Source: Minutocellus sp. GHC0000111
Taxonomy: Eukaryota
Direction: 5' to 3'
Length of the DNA: 64,000 nt
NCBI GenBank assembly: GCA_977018835.1
Contig: OZ361258.1
Location: 2,790,001 to 2,854,000 of the forward strand
Shown: positions 1-12,000 of the stretch, one piece after another
Numbering within the stretch: position 1 is the first letter of the stretch
How the letters are laid out: each line of letters opens with the position of its first letter
Notes under the pieces: generated by a model
What the model was told of the DNA's origin: nothing
Database searches by the model: none
What the model saw: only the letters and a program-made list of their open reading frames with translations
Position numbers and translations under genes: made by a program

Positions 1-3000
1 GGCTCTGGCGTTGGTGGTTTTGCGGCCCTCGCATCGTCTCCAGCTCCTGCTGGTGCTGGTGCAGGGAGCAAGACATCGTCGACTGGCTTTGGTTTTGGCT
101 TTGGCGGTAGCAGTAGTAGTAGTACTAGTGGTGTCAGCGGTGTTGATTCTTCGATGGTGAAGCCATTGTTTGGATCGGTGCCTGCGGCTGCTCCTGCGCC
201 TACGTCTGAAGCCGCACCTGCTCCTGCGCCGGCTGGTGCATCTGCGACTGACAATGGTACCGACAACATTAGGGAAGACGATGTTGGAGTATCAGGAACG
301 GCGAAGCCTTTGTCGGATACTGATGAGGCGAGGACAGCCACGGCCGTCTTTGATTCTCTCGATGAGGGCAAGAAGGGCAGGGTACCGGCCTCAATGTTCG
401 AGGCGCTCACCGACGAGCTTGGCGAAGGCTTCCACGGGGACGAGTTCGACAAGCAACTTGCCATCATCGACCCTGAAGGGACGGGCTTCATCGCTCGGTC
501 CTCCTTTGCGGCATGGTACTCGGAGCTTGTCCTCGGAGGCTCTGGAGATGGCGAAGATGGTTCCGATGCTGGATCGCTCGACACTGAGGAGCGAGAAGAA
601 CGTGAGGAGGAGCGTCAGAATGCTGACGAGGCCTTTACTGCCGCGGCTGGTGAGGATGTGGACGTCCTTGCCGTGTCAGCCTTCAGTGATCTGATTGAGT
701 CTATGGGCACGACTTACTGCGAAGAGGAGCACCGACGTACCATCAAGAAAATTAGCAGCGAGGATGGCGCTACGATATCTCGTGATGCTTTCGTCGCTTG
801 GTATTTGGACTGGCTCTTTGGAGGCGATGAGTCCGATATCGAGAGCGACGAAGGTGAAGATGACGAGGATGGTGATGCCGACGGTGCTGGTGGTACTGGC
901 GGTGCATCGTCATCGGAGGGATGGGGAGGTACCTTTGGCGCTGCCGAGGAGGGTTCCTGGAAGTGCGATGCTTGTATGGTCCGGAACAAGGCTTCAGATG
1001 CCAAATGTGCTGCCTGTGAGACTGCACGCCCTGGATACGAAGCCAAGGCTGCGGAGGTATCGAGCGGCGATGGCTCGGCCACTGCGTCGTCAGCGGCGGC
1101 GTTTGCATCTGAGATAGGAACTGGTGGATTTTCATTCGGTGGCGGTGGTAGTAGCAGCAGTACCGCGGCACCTGCTCCTGCCTCATCCTCATCGATTGGA
1201 GCCGGCGGCTTCAGCTTTGGTGGCAATACTACTACTAGCAGCGCAGCGACACCAGCTCCGGCCTTTGGCGCATCATCGGCGGTCTCGTCCTCATCTTCAG
1301 GCGGAGGCTTCGCGTTTGGTGCGCCCGCCACTGCAGCACCAGCTCCACCTTCGGGAGTAGGAGGAGGAGGCTTTACGTTCGGCGTCAAGCCTGCCGTCAC
1401 ATCTGCTGCATCTGACAAAGTGAATCCTGACGCCACCGCACCCTCAGCTGCCCAACAAGAGAATCCGGCAGCGGAAAAAGAAGACGACGAGGTCTACTCA
1501 GACGACCTCATCGGCACCGCCGACACAGCACGGACGGCCTACGATGAGATCGCTGAGGGTGCAACATCTCTTCCCAGCAGCAGATTCGACGATCTGCTCG
1601 ATGTGGTCGGCGAGGGCTTCTATGGCGACGAGAAGGACGAGCAGCTTGCCATCATCGATCCGAGCAGCACCGGCACCATTACCAAGAAGGCCTTTGTTTC
1701 GTGGTACGTCAACTTCGTCACCGCTGCAGATGCCGACGATGACGAGTCGGCCTCGTTAGATACCGCCGACCGCGAAGAACGCGAGGAGGAAAGGCAGAAC
1801 GCCGACCAGGCCTTTACTGACACCGTCGGCGAGGGCATCGATGTTATTGACTCGGCCGCCTTTGGAGATCTGATTGAGTCGATGGGCACTACATACTGTG
1901 AGGAAGAGCATCGCCGCACCATCAAGAAGATTAGCGGTGCGGATGGGAAGATTTCCCGCGATGCATTCATTGCATGGTATCTTGACTGGTTGTTTGGGGG
2001 TGATGAGTCCGACATCGAGACGGATGAGGAGGACGAAGCCGGCGAAGAAGAAGAGAGACCGGCCACATCGGGTGGAGAAGGGTGGGGCAATGCATTCGGC
2101 GTCGAGGAAGGATCCTGGAAGTGCGATGCTTGCATGGTGCGTAACAAGGCCGGTGATACCAAGTGTGCTGCTTGTGAGACTGTCCGCCCTGGATACGAAG
2201 ACAAGCAAGAGGAGAGCAGCGATAGTGCTGCCGCGAGTGGGTCTGCCATCGGCGCCGGTGGTTTTAGCTTCGGCGGAGGGGCGAGTACTGCTGCTGCGGC
2301 CGCTCCTTCGATTGGATCGGGAGGATTCAGCTTTGGTGGGGCTACTACATCGGCACCAGCACCAGCACCGGCACCTGTAACTGCTGTATCGTCTGGCGGA
2401 GGCTTCAGCTTTGGTGCCAAGCCATCATCAACTGCAACCAGCTCTACTACCGGAGGATTCAGTTTTGGTGCACCGCCTGCGCCTGCGGGCAAGGTACCGG
2501 ACAAGGCCGAGAAGAAGAAAGACGAGAAGGCAGTATCATCCTCAAGTGCAAGTTTCCCCCCTCTTGCGACCAAGGCACCGACGCCCTTCTCGGCAACTGC
2601 GAAGGCGAGTGCAGCAGCTCCAGCAGCCACCGCAAAGCCCGCCGCTTCAAGTAGCGCCTTCCCACCGATGAGTACTGCAGCTCCTAAGAATCCATTCTCG
2701 GCAACTGCGAAGGCCCCTGTTGCTGCGGCTCCAGCACCAGCTCCAGCACCAGCGGCCAAGCCTGCTGCTTCGAGTAGCGCATTCCCGCCGATGAGTACTG
2801 CAGCTCCTAAGAATCCGTTCTCCGCTCCCTCGAAGCCTCCAGCACCAGCACCAGCGGCCAAGTCCGCTGCTTCGAGTAGTGCATTCCCGCCGATGAGTAC
2901 TGCAGCTCCTAAGAATCCGTTCGCGTCGGTAAAGCTGACGTCGAGCTCTGCTACAATCGGCAGCACGAGTACGAGCGGTGGCTTTTCGTTTGGCACCCCA

Positions 3001-6000
3001 AGCACTCTCGGCGGTGGCAGCGGGGCGCCGGCAACGACCAAGGGCGGCTTTTCGTTTGGATCGACGGGAAGTGCGACCTTTGGCAGTCCACCGGCCAAGT
3101 TGGAGGCCCCCAAGGCCACCGAGCAGGAGAAGTCAGCGCCGATATTTGGCTCTGGGTCGAAGGCTCCGGTCTTTGGAAGCGGCTCTGGCGTTGGTGGTTT
3201 TGCGGCCCTCGCATCGTCTCCAGCTCCTGCTGGTGCTGGTGCAGGGAGCAAGACATAGTCGACTGGCTTTGGTTTTGGCTTTGGCGGTAGCAGTAGTAGT
3301 AGTACTAGTGGTGTCAGCGGTGTTGATTCTTCGATGGTGAAGCCATTGTTTGGATCGGTGCCTGCGGCTGCTCCTGCGCCTACGTCTGAAGCCGCACCTG
3401 CTCCTGCGCCGGCTGGTGCATCTGCGACTGACAATGGTACCGACAACATTAGGGAAGACGATGTTGGAGTATCAGGAACGGCGAAGCCTTTGTCGGATAC
3501 TGATGAGGCGAGGACAGCCACGGCCGTCTTTGATTCTCTCGATGAGGGCAAGAAGGGCAGGGTACCGGCCTCAATGTTCGAGGCGCTCACCGACGAGCTT
3601 GGCGAAGGCTTCCACGGGGACGAGTTCGACAAGCAACTTGCCATCATCGACCCTGAAGGGACGGGCTTCATCGCTCGGTCCTCCTTTGCGGCATGGTACT
3701 CGGAGCTTGTCCTCGGAGGCTCTGGAGATGGCGAAGATGGTTCCGATGCTGGATCGCTCGACACTGAGGAGCGAGAAGAACGTGAGGAGGAGCGTCAGAA
3801 TGCTGACGAGGCCTTTACTGCCGCGGCTGGTGAGGATGTGGACGTCCTTGCCGTGTCAGCCTTCAGTGATCTGATTGAGTCTATGGGCACGACTTACTGC
3901 GAAGAGGAGCACCGACGTACCATCAAGAAAATTAGCAGCGAGGATGGCGCTACGATATCTCGTGATGCTTTCGTCGCTTGGTATTTGGACTGGCTCTTTG
4001 GAGGCGATGAGTCCGATATCGAGAGCGACGAAGGTGAAGATGACGAGGATGGTGATGCCGACGGTGCTGGTGGTACTGGCGGTGCATCGTCATCGGAGGG
4101 ATGGGGAGGTACCTTTGGCGCTGCCGAGGAGGGTTCCTGGAAGTGCGATGCTTGTATGGTCCGGAACAAGGCTTCAGATGCCAAATGTGCTGCCTGTGAG
4201 ACTGCACGCCCTGGATACGAAGCCAAGGCTGCGGAGGTATCGAGCGGCGATGGCTCGGCCACTGCGTCGTCAGCGGCGGCGTTTGCATCTGAGATAGGAA
4301 CTGGTGGATTTTCATTCGGTGGCGGTGGTAGTAGCAGCAGTACCGCGGCACCTGCTCCTGCCTCATCCTCATCGATTGGAGCCGGCGGCTTCAGCTTTGG
4401 TGGCAATACTACTACTAGCAGCGCAGCGACACCAGCTCCGGCCTTTGGCGCATCATCGGCGGTCTCGTCCTCATCTTCAGGCGGAGGCTTCGCGTTTGGT
4501 GCGCCCGCCACTGCAGCACCAGCTCCACCTTCGGGAGTAGGAGGAGGAGGCTTTACGTTCGGCGTCAAGCCTGCCGTCACATCTGCTGCATCTGACAAAG
4601 TGAATCCTGACGCCACCGCACCCTCAGCTGCCCAACAAGAGAATCCGGCAGCGGAAAAAGAAGACGACGAGGTCTACTCAGACGACCTCATCGGCACCGC
4701 CGACACAGCACGGACGGCCTACGATGAGATCGCTGAGGGTGCAACATCTCTTCCCAGCAGCAGATTCGACGATCTGCTCGATGTGGTCGGCGAGGGCTTC
4801 TATGGCGACGAGAAGGACGAGCAGCTTGCCATCATCGATCCGAGCAGCACCGGCACCATTACCAAGAAGGCCTTTGTTTCGTGGTACGTCAACTTCGTCA
4901 CCGCTGCAGATGCCGACGATGACGAGTCGGCCTCGTTAGATACCGCCGACCGCGAAGAACGCGAGGAGGAAAGGCAGAACGCCGACCAGGCCTTTACTGA
5001 CACCGTCGGCGAGGGCATCGATGTTATTGACTCGGCCGCCTTTGGAGATCTGATTGAGTCGATGGGCACTACATACTGTGAGGAAGAGCATCGCCGCACC
5101 ATCAAGAAGATTAGCGGTGCGGATGGGAAGATTTCCCGCGATGCATTCATTGCATGGTATCTTGACTGGTTGTTTGGGGGTGATGAGTCCGACATCGAGA
5201 CGGATGAGGAGGACGAAGCCGGCGAAGAAGAAGAGAGACCGGCCACATCGGGTGGAGAAGGGTGGGGCAATGCATTCGGCGTCGAGGAAGGATCCTGGAA
5301 GTGCGATGCTTGCATGGTGCGTAACAAGGCCGGTGATACCAAGTGTGCTGCTTGTGAGACTGTCCGCCCTGGATACGAAGACAAGCAAGAGGAGAGCAGC
5401 GATAGTGCTGCCGCGAGTGGGTCTGCCATCGGCGCCGGTGGTTTTAGCTTCGGCGGAGGGGCGAGTACTGCTGCTGCGGCCGCTCCTTCGATTGGATCGG
5501 GAGGATTCAGCTTTGGTGGGGCTACTACATCGGCACCAGCACCAGCACCGGCACCTGTAACTGCTGTATCGTCTGGCGGAGGCTTCAGCTTTGGTGCCAA
5601 GCCATCATCAACTGCAACCAGCTCTACTACCGGAGGATTCAGTTTTGGTGCACCGCCTGCGCCTGCGGGCAAGGTACCGGACAAGGCCGAGAAGAAGAAA
5701 GACGAGAAGGCAGTATCATCCTCAAGTGCAAGTTTCCCCCCTCTTGCGACCAAGGCACCGACGCCCTTCTCGGCAACTGCGAAGGCGAGTGCAGCAGCTC
5801 CAGCAGCCACCGCAAAGCCCGCCGCTTCAAGTAGCGCCTTCCCACCGATGAGTACTGCAGCTCCTAAGAATCCATTCTCGGCAACTGCGAAGGCCCCTGT
5901 TGCTGCGGCTCCAGCACCAGCTCCAGCACCAGCGGCCAAGCCTGCTGCTTCGAGTAGCGCATTCCCGCCGATGAGTACTGCAGCTCCTAAGAATCCGTTC

Positions 6001-9000
6001 TCCGCTCCCTCGAAGCCTCCAGCACCAGCACCAGCGGCCAAGCCTGCTGCTTCGAGTAGCGCATTCCCGCCGATGAGTACTGCAGCTCCTAAGAATCCGT
6101 TCTCCGCTCCCTCGAAGCCTCCAGCACCAGCACCAGCGGCCAAGTCCGCTGCTTCGAGTAGTGCATTCCCGCCGATGAGTACTGCAGCTCCTAAGAATCC
6201 GTTCGCGTCGGTAAAGCTGACGTCGAGCTCTGCTACAATCGGCAGCACGAGTACGAGCGGTGGCTTTTCGTTTGGCACCCCAAGCACTCTCGGCGGTGGC
6301 AGCGGGGCGCCGGCAACGACCAAGGGCGGCTCTTCGTTTGGATCGACGGGAAGTGCGACCTTTGGCAGTCCACCGGCCAAGTTGGAGGCCCCCAAGGCCA
6401 CCGAGCAGGAGAAGTCAGCGCCGATATTTGGCTCTGGGTCGAAGGCTCCGGTCTTTGGAAGCGGCTCTGGCGTTGGTGGTTTTGCGGCCCTCGCATCGTC
6501 TCCAGCTCCTGCTGGTGCTGGTGCAGGGAGCAAGACATCGTCGACTGGCTTTGGTTTTGGCTTTGGCGGTAGCAGTAGTAGTAGTACTAGTGGTGTCAGC
6601 GGTGTTGATTCTTCGATGGTGAAGCCATTGTTTGGATCGGTGCCTGCGGCTGCTCCTGCGCCTACGTCTGAAGCCGCACCTGCTCCTGCGCCGGCTGGTG
6701 CATCTGCGACTGACAATGGTACCGACAACATTAGGGAAGACGATGTTGGAGTATCAGGAACGGCGAAGCCTTTGTCGGATACTGATGAGGCGAGGACAGC
6801 CACGGCCGTCTTTGATTCTCTCGATGAGGGCAAGAAGGGCAGGGTACCGGCCTCAATGTTCGAGGCGCTCACCGACGAGCTTGGCGAAGGCTTCCACGGG
6901 GACGAGTTCGACAAGCAACTTGCCATCATCGACCCTGAAGGGACGGGCTTCATCGCTCGGTCCTCCTTTGCGGCATGGTACTCGGAGCTTGTCCTCGGAG
7001 GCTCTGGAGATGGCGAAGATGGTTCCGATGCTGGATCGCTCGACACTGAGGAGCGAGAAGAACGTGAGGAGGAGCGTCAGAATGCTGACGAGGCCTTTAC
7101 TGCCGCGGCTGGTGAGGATGTGGACGTCCTTGCCGTGTCAGCCTTCAGTGATCTGATTGAGTCTATGGGCACGACTTACTGCGAAGAGGAGCACCGACGT
7201 ACCATCAAGAAAATTAGCAGCGAGGATGGCGCTACGATATCTCGTGATGCTTTCGTCGCTTGGTATTTGGACTGGCTCTTTGGAGGCGATGAGTCCGATA
7301 TCGAGAGCGACGAAGGTGAAGATGACGAGGATGGTGATGCCGACGGTGCTGGTGGTACTGGCGGTGCATCGTCATCGGAGGGATGGGGAGGTACCTTTGG
7401 CGCTGCCGAGGAGGGTTCCTGGAAGTGCGATGCTTGTATGGTCCGGAACAAGGCTTCAGATGCCAAATGTGCTGCCTGTGAGACTGCACGCCCTGGATAC
7501 GAAGCCAAGGCTGCGGAGGTATCGAGCGGCGATGGCTCGGCCACTGCGTCGTCAGCGGCGGCGTTTGCATCTGAGATAGGAACTGGTGGATTTTCATTCG
7601 GTGGCGGTGGTAGTAGCAGCAGTACCGCGGCACCTGCTCCTGCCTCATCCTCATCGATTGGAGCCGGCGGCTTCAGCTTTGGTGGCAATACTACTACTAG
7701 CAGCGCAGCGACACCAGCTCCGGCCTTTGGCGCATCATCGGCGGTCTCGTCCTCATCTTCAGGCGGAGGCTTCGCGTTTGGTGCGCCCGCCACTGCAGCA
7801 CCAGCTCCACCTTCGGGAGTAGGAGGAGGAGGCTTTACGTTCGGCGTCAAGCCTGCCGTCACATCTGCTGCATCTGACAAAGTGAATCCTGACGCCACCG
7901 CACCCTCAGCTGCCCAACAAGAGAATCCGGCAGCGGAAAAAGAAGACGACGAGGTCTACTCAGACGACCTCATCGGCACCGCCGACACAGCACGGACGGC
8001 CTACGATGAGATCGCTGAGGGTGCAACATCTCTTCCCAGCAGCAGATTCGACGATCTGCTCGATGTGGTCGGCGAGGGCTTCTATGGCGACGAGAAGGAC
8101 GAGCAGCTTGCCATCATCGATCCGAGCAGCACCGGCACCATTACCAAGAAGGCCTTTGTTTCGTGGTACGTCAACTTCGTCACTGCTGCAGATGCCGACG
8201 ATGACGAGTCGGCCTCGTTAGATACCGCCGACCGCGAAGAACGCGAGGAGGAAAGGCAGAACGCCGACCAGGCCTTTACTGACACCGTCGGCGAGGGCAT
8301 CGATGTTATTGACTCGGCCGCCTTTGGAGATCTGATTGAGTCGATGGGCACTACATACTGTGAGGAAGAGCATCGCCGCACCATCAAGAAGATTAGCGGT
8401 GCGGATGGGAAGATTTCCCGCGATGCATTCATTGCATGGTATCTTGACTGGTTGTTTGGGGGTGATGAGTCCGACATCGAGACGGATGAGGAGGACGAAG
8501 CCGGCGAAGAAGAAGAGAGACCGGCCACATCGGGTGGAGAAGGGTGGGGCAATGCATTCGGCGTCGAGGAAGGATCCTGGAAGTGCGATGCTTGCATGGT
8601 GCGTAACAAGGCCGGTGATACCAAGTGTGCTGCTTGTGAGACTGTCCGCCCTGGATACGAAGACAAGCAAGAGGAGAGCAGCGATAGTGCTGCCGCGAGT
8701 GGGTCTGCCATCGGCGCCGGTGGTTTTAGCTTCGGCGGAGGGGCGAGTACTGCTGCTGCGGCCGCTCCTTCGATTGGATCGGGAGGATTCAGCTTTGGTG
8801 GGGCTACTACATCGGCACCAGCACCAGCACCGGCACCTGTAACCGCTGTATCGTCTGGCGGAGGCTTCAGCTTTGGTGCCAAGCCATCATCAACTGCAAC
8901 CAGCTCTACTACCGGAGGATTCAGTTTTGGTGCACCGCCTGCGCCTGCGGGCAAGGTACCGGACAAGGCCGAGAAGAAGAAAGACGAGAAGGCAGTATCA

Positions 9001-12000
9001 TCCTCAAGTGCAAGTTTCCCCCCTCTTGCGACCAAGGCACCGACGCCCTTCTCGGCAACTGCGAAGGCGAGTGCAGCAGCTCCAGCAGCCACCGCAAAGC
9101 CCGCCGCTTCAAGTAGCGCCTTCCCACCGATGAGTACTGCAGCTCCTAAGAATCCATTCTCGGCAACTGCGAAGGCCCCTGTTGCTGCGGCTCCAGCACC
9201 AGCTCCAGCACCAGCGGCCAAGCCTGCTGCTTCGAGTAGCGCATTCCCGCCGATGAGTACTGCAGCTCCTAAGAATCCGTTCTCCGCTCCCTCGAAGCCT
9301 CCAGCACCAGCACCAGCGGCCAAGCCTGCTGCTTCGAGTAGCGCATTCCCGCCGATGAGTACTGCAGCTCCTAAGAATCCGTTCTCCGCTCCCTCGAAGC
9401 CTCCAGCACCAGCACCAGCGGCCAAGTCCGCTGCTTCGAGTAGTGCATTCCCGCCGATGAGTACTGCAGCTCCTAAGAATCCGTTCTCCGCTCCCTCGAA
9501 GCCTCCAGCACCAGCACCAGCGGCCAAGTCCGCTGCTTCGAGTAGTGCATTCCCGCCGATGAGTACTGCAGCTCCTAAGAATCCGTTCTCCGCTCCCTCG
9601 AAGCCTCCAGCACCAGCACCAGCGGCCAAGTCCGCTGCTTCGAGTAGTGCATTCCCGCCGATGAGTACTGCAGCTCCTAAGAATCCGTTCGCGTCGGTAA
9701 AGCTGACGTCGAGCTCTGCTACAATCGGCAGCACGAGTACGAGCGGTGGCTTTTCGTTTGGCACCCCAAGCACTCTCGGCGGTGGCAGCGGGGCGCCGGC
9801 AACGACCAAGGGCGGCTTTTCGTTTGGATCGACGGGAAGTGCGACCTTTGGCAGTCCACCGGCCAAGTTGGAGGCCCCCAAGGCCACCGAGCAGGAGAAG
9901 TCAGCGCCGATATTTGGCTCTGGGTCGAAGGCTCCGGTCTTTGGAAGCGGCTCTGGCGTTGGTGGTTTTGCGGCCCTCGCATCGTCTCCAGCTCCTGCTG
10001 GTGCTGGTGCAGGGAGCAAGACATCGTCGACTGGCTTTGGTTTTGGCTTTGGCGGTAGCAGTAGTAGTAGTACTAGTGGTGTCAGCGGTGTTGATTCTTC
10101 GATGGTGAAGCCATTGTTTGGATCGGTGCCTGCGGCTGCTCCTGCGCCTACGTCTGAAGCCGCACCTGCTCCTGCGCCGGCTGGTGCATCTGCGACTGAC
10201 AATGGTACCGACAACATTAGGGAAGACGATGTTGGAGTATCAGGAACGGCGAAGCCTTTGTCGGATACTGATGAGGCGAGGACAGCCACGGCCGTCTTTG
10301 ATTCTCTCGATGAGGGCAAGAAGGGCAGGGTACCGGCCTCAATGTTCGAGGCGCTCACCGACGAGCTTGGCGAAGGCTTCCACGGGGACGAGTTCGACAA
10401 GCAACTTGCCATCATCGACCCTGAAGGGACGGGCTTCATCGCTCGGTCCTCCTTTGCGGCATGGTACTCGGAGCTTGTCCTCGGAGGCTCTGGAGATGGC
10501 GAAGATGGTTCCGATGCTGGATCGCTCGACACTGAGGAGCGAGAAGAACGTGAGGAGGAGCGTCAGAATGCTGACGAGGCCTTTACTGCCGCGGCTGGTG
10601 AGGATGTGGACGTCCTTGCCGTGTCAGCCTTCAGTGATCTGATTGAGTCTATGGGCACGACTTACTGCGAAGAGGAGCACCGACGTACCATCAAGAAAAT
10701 TAGCAGCGAGGATGGCGCTACGATATCTCGTGATGCTTTCGTCGCTTGGTATTTGGACTGGCTCTTTGGAGGCGATGAGTCCGATGTCGAGAGCGACGAA
10801 GGTGAAGATGACGAGGATGGTGATGCCGACGGTGCTGGTGGTACTGGCGGTGCATCGTCATCGGAGGGATGGGGAGGTACCTTTGGCGCTGCCGAGGAGG
10901 GTTCCTGGAAGTGCGATGCTTGTATGGTCCGGAACAAGGCTTCAGATGCCAAATGTGCTGCCTGTGAGACTGCACGCCCTGGATACGAAGCCAAGGCTGC
11001 GGAGGTATCGAGCGGCGATGGCTCGGCCACTGCGTCGTCAGCGGCGGCGTTTGCATCTGAGATAGGAACTGGTGGATTTTCATTCGGTGGCGGTGGTAGT
11101 AGCAGCAGTACCGCGGCACCTGCTCCTGCCTCATCCTCATCGATTGGAGCCGGCGGCTTCAGCTTTGGTGGCAATACTACTACTAGCAGCGCAGCGACAC
11201 CAGCTCCGGCCTTTGGCGCATCATCGGCGGTCTCGTCCTCATCTTCAGGCGGAGGCTTCGCGTTTGGTGCGCCCGCCACTGCAGCACCAGCTCCACCTTC
11301 GGGAGTAGGAGGAGGAGGCTTTACGTTCGGCGTCAAGCCTGCCGTCACATCTGCTGCATCTGACAAAGTGAATCCTGACGCCACCGCACCCTCAGCTGCC
11401 CAACAAGAGAATCCGGCAGCGGAAAAAGAAGACGACGAGGTCTACTCAGACGACCTCATCGGCACCGCCGACACAGCACGGACGGCCTACGATGAGATCG
11501 CTGAGGGTGCAACATCTCTTCCCAGCAGCAGATTCGACGATCTGCTCGATGTGGTCGGCGAGGGCTTCTATGGCGACGAGAAGGACGAGCAGCTTGCCAT
11601 CATCGATCCGAGCAGCACCGGCACCATTACCAAGAAGGCCTTTGTTTCGTGGTACGTCAACTTCGTCACCGCTGCAGATGCCGACGATGACGAGTCGGCC
11701 TCGTTAGATACCGCCGACCGCGAAGAACGCGAGGAGGAAAGGCAGAACGCCGACCAGGCCTTTACTGACACCGTCGGCGAGGGCATCGATGTTATTGACT
11801 CGGCCGCCTTTGGAGATCTGATTGAGTCGATGGGCACTACATACTGTGAGGAAGAGCATCGCCGCACCATCAAGAAGATTAGCGGTGCGGATGGGAAGAT
11901 TTCCCGCGATGCATTCATTGCATGGTATCTTGACTGGTTGTTTGGGGGTGATGAGTCCGACATCGAGACGGATGAGGAGGACGAAGCCGGCGAAGAAGAA

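Noticed and set aside
9283..9690. CRISPR-like appearance of the 102-bp repeats
   Set aside because: No unique spacers, in-frame coding, no cas genes and a eukaryotic context.
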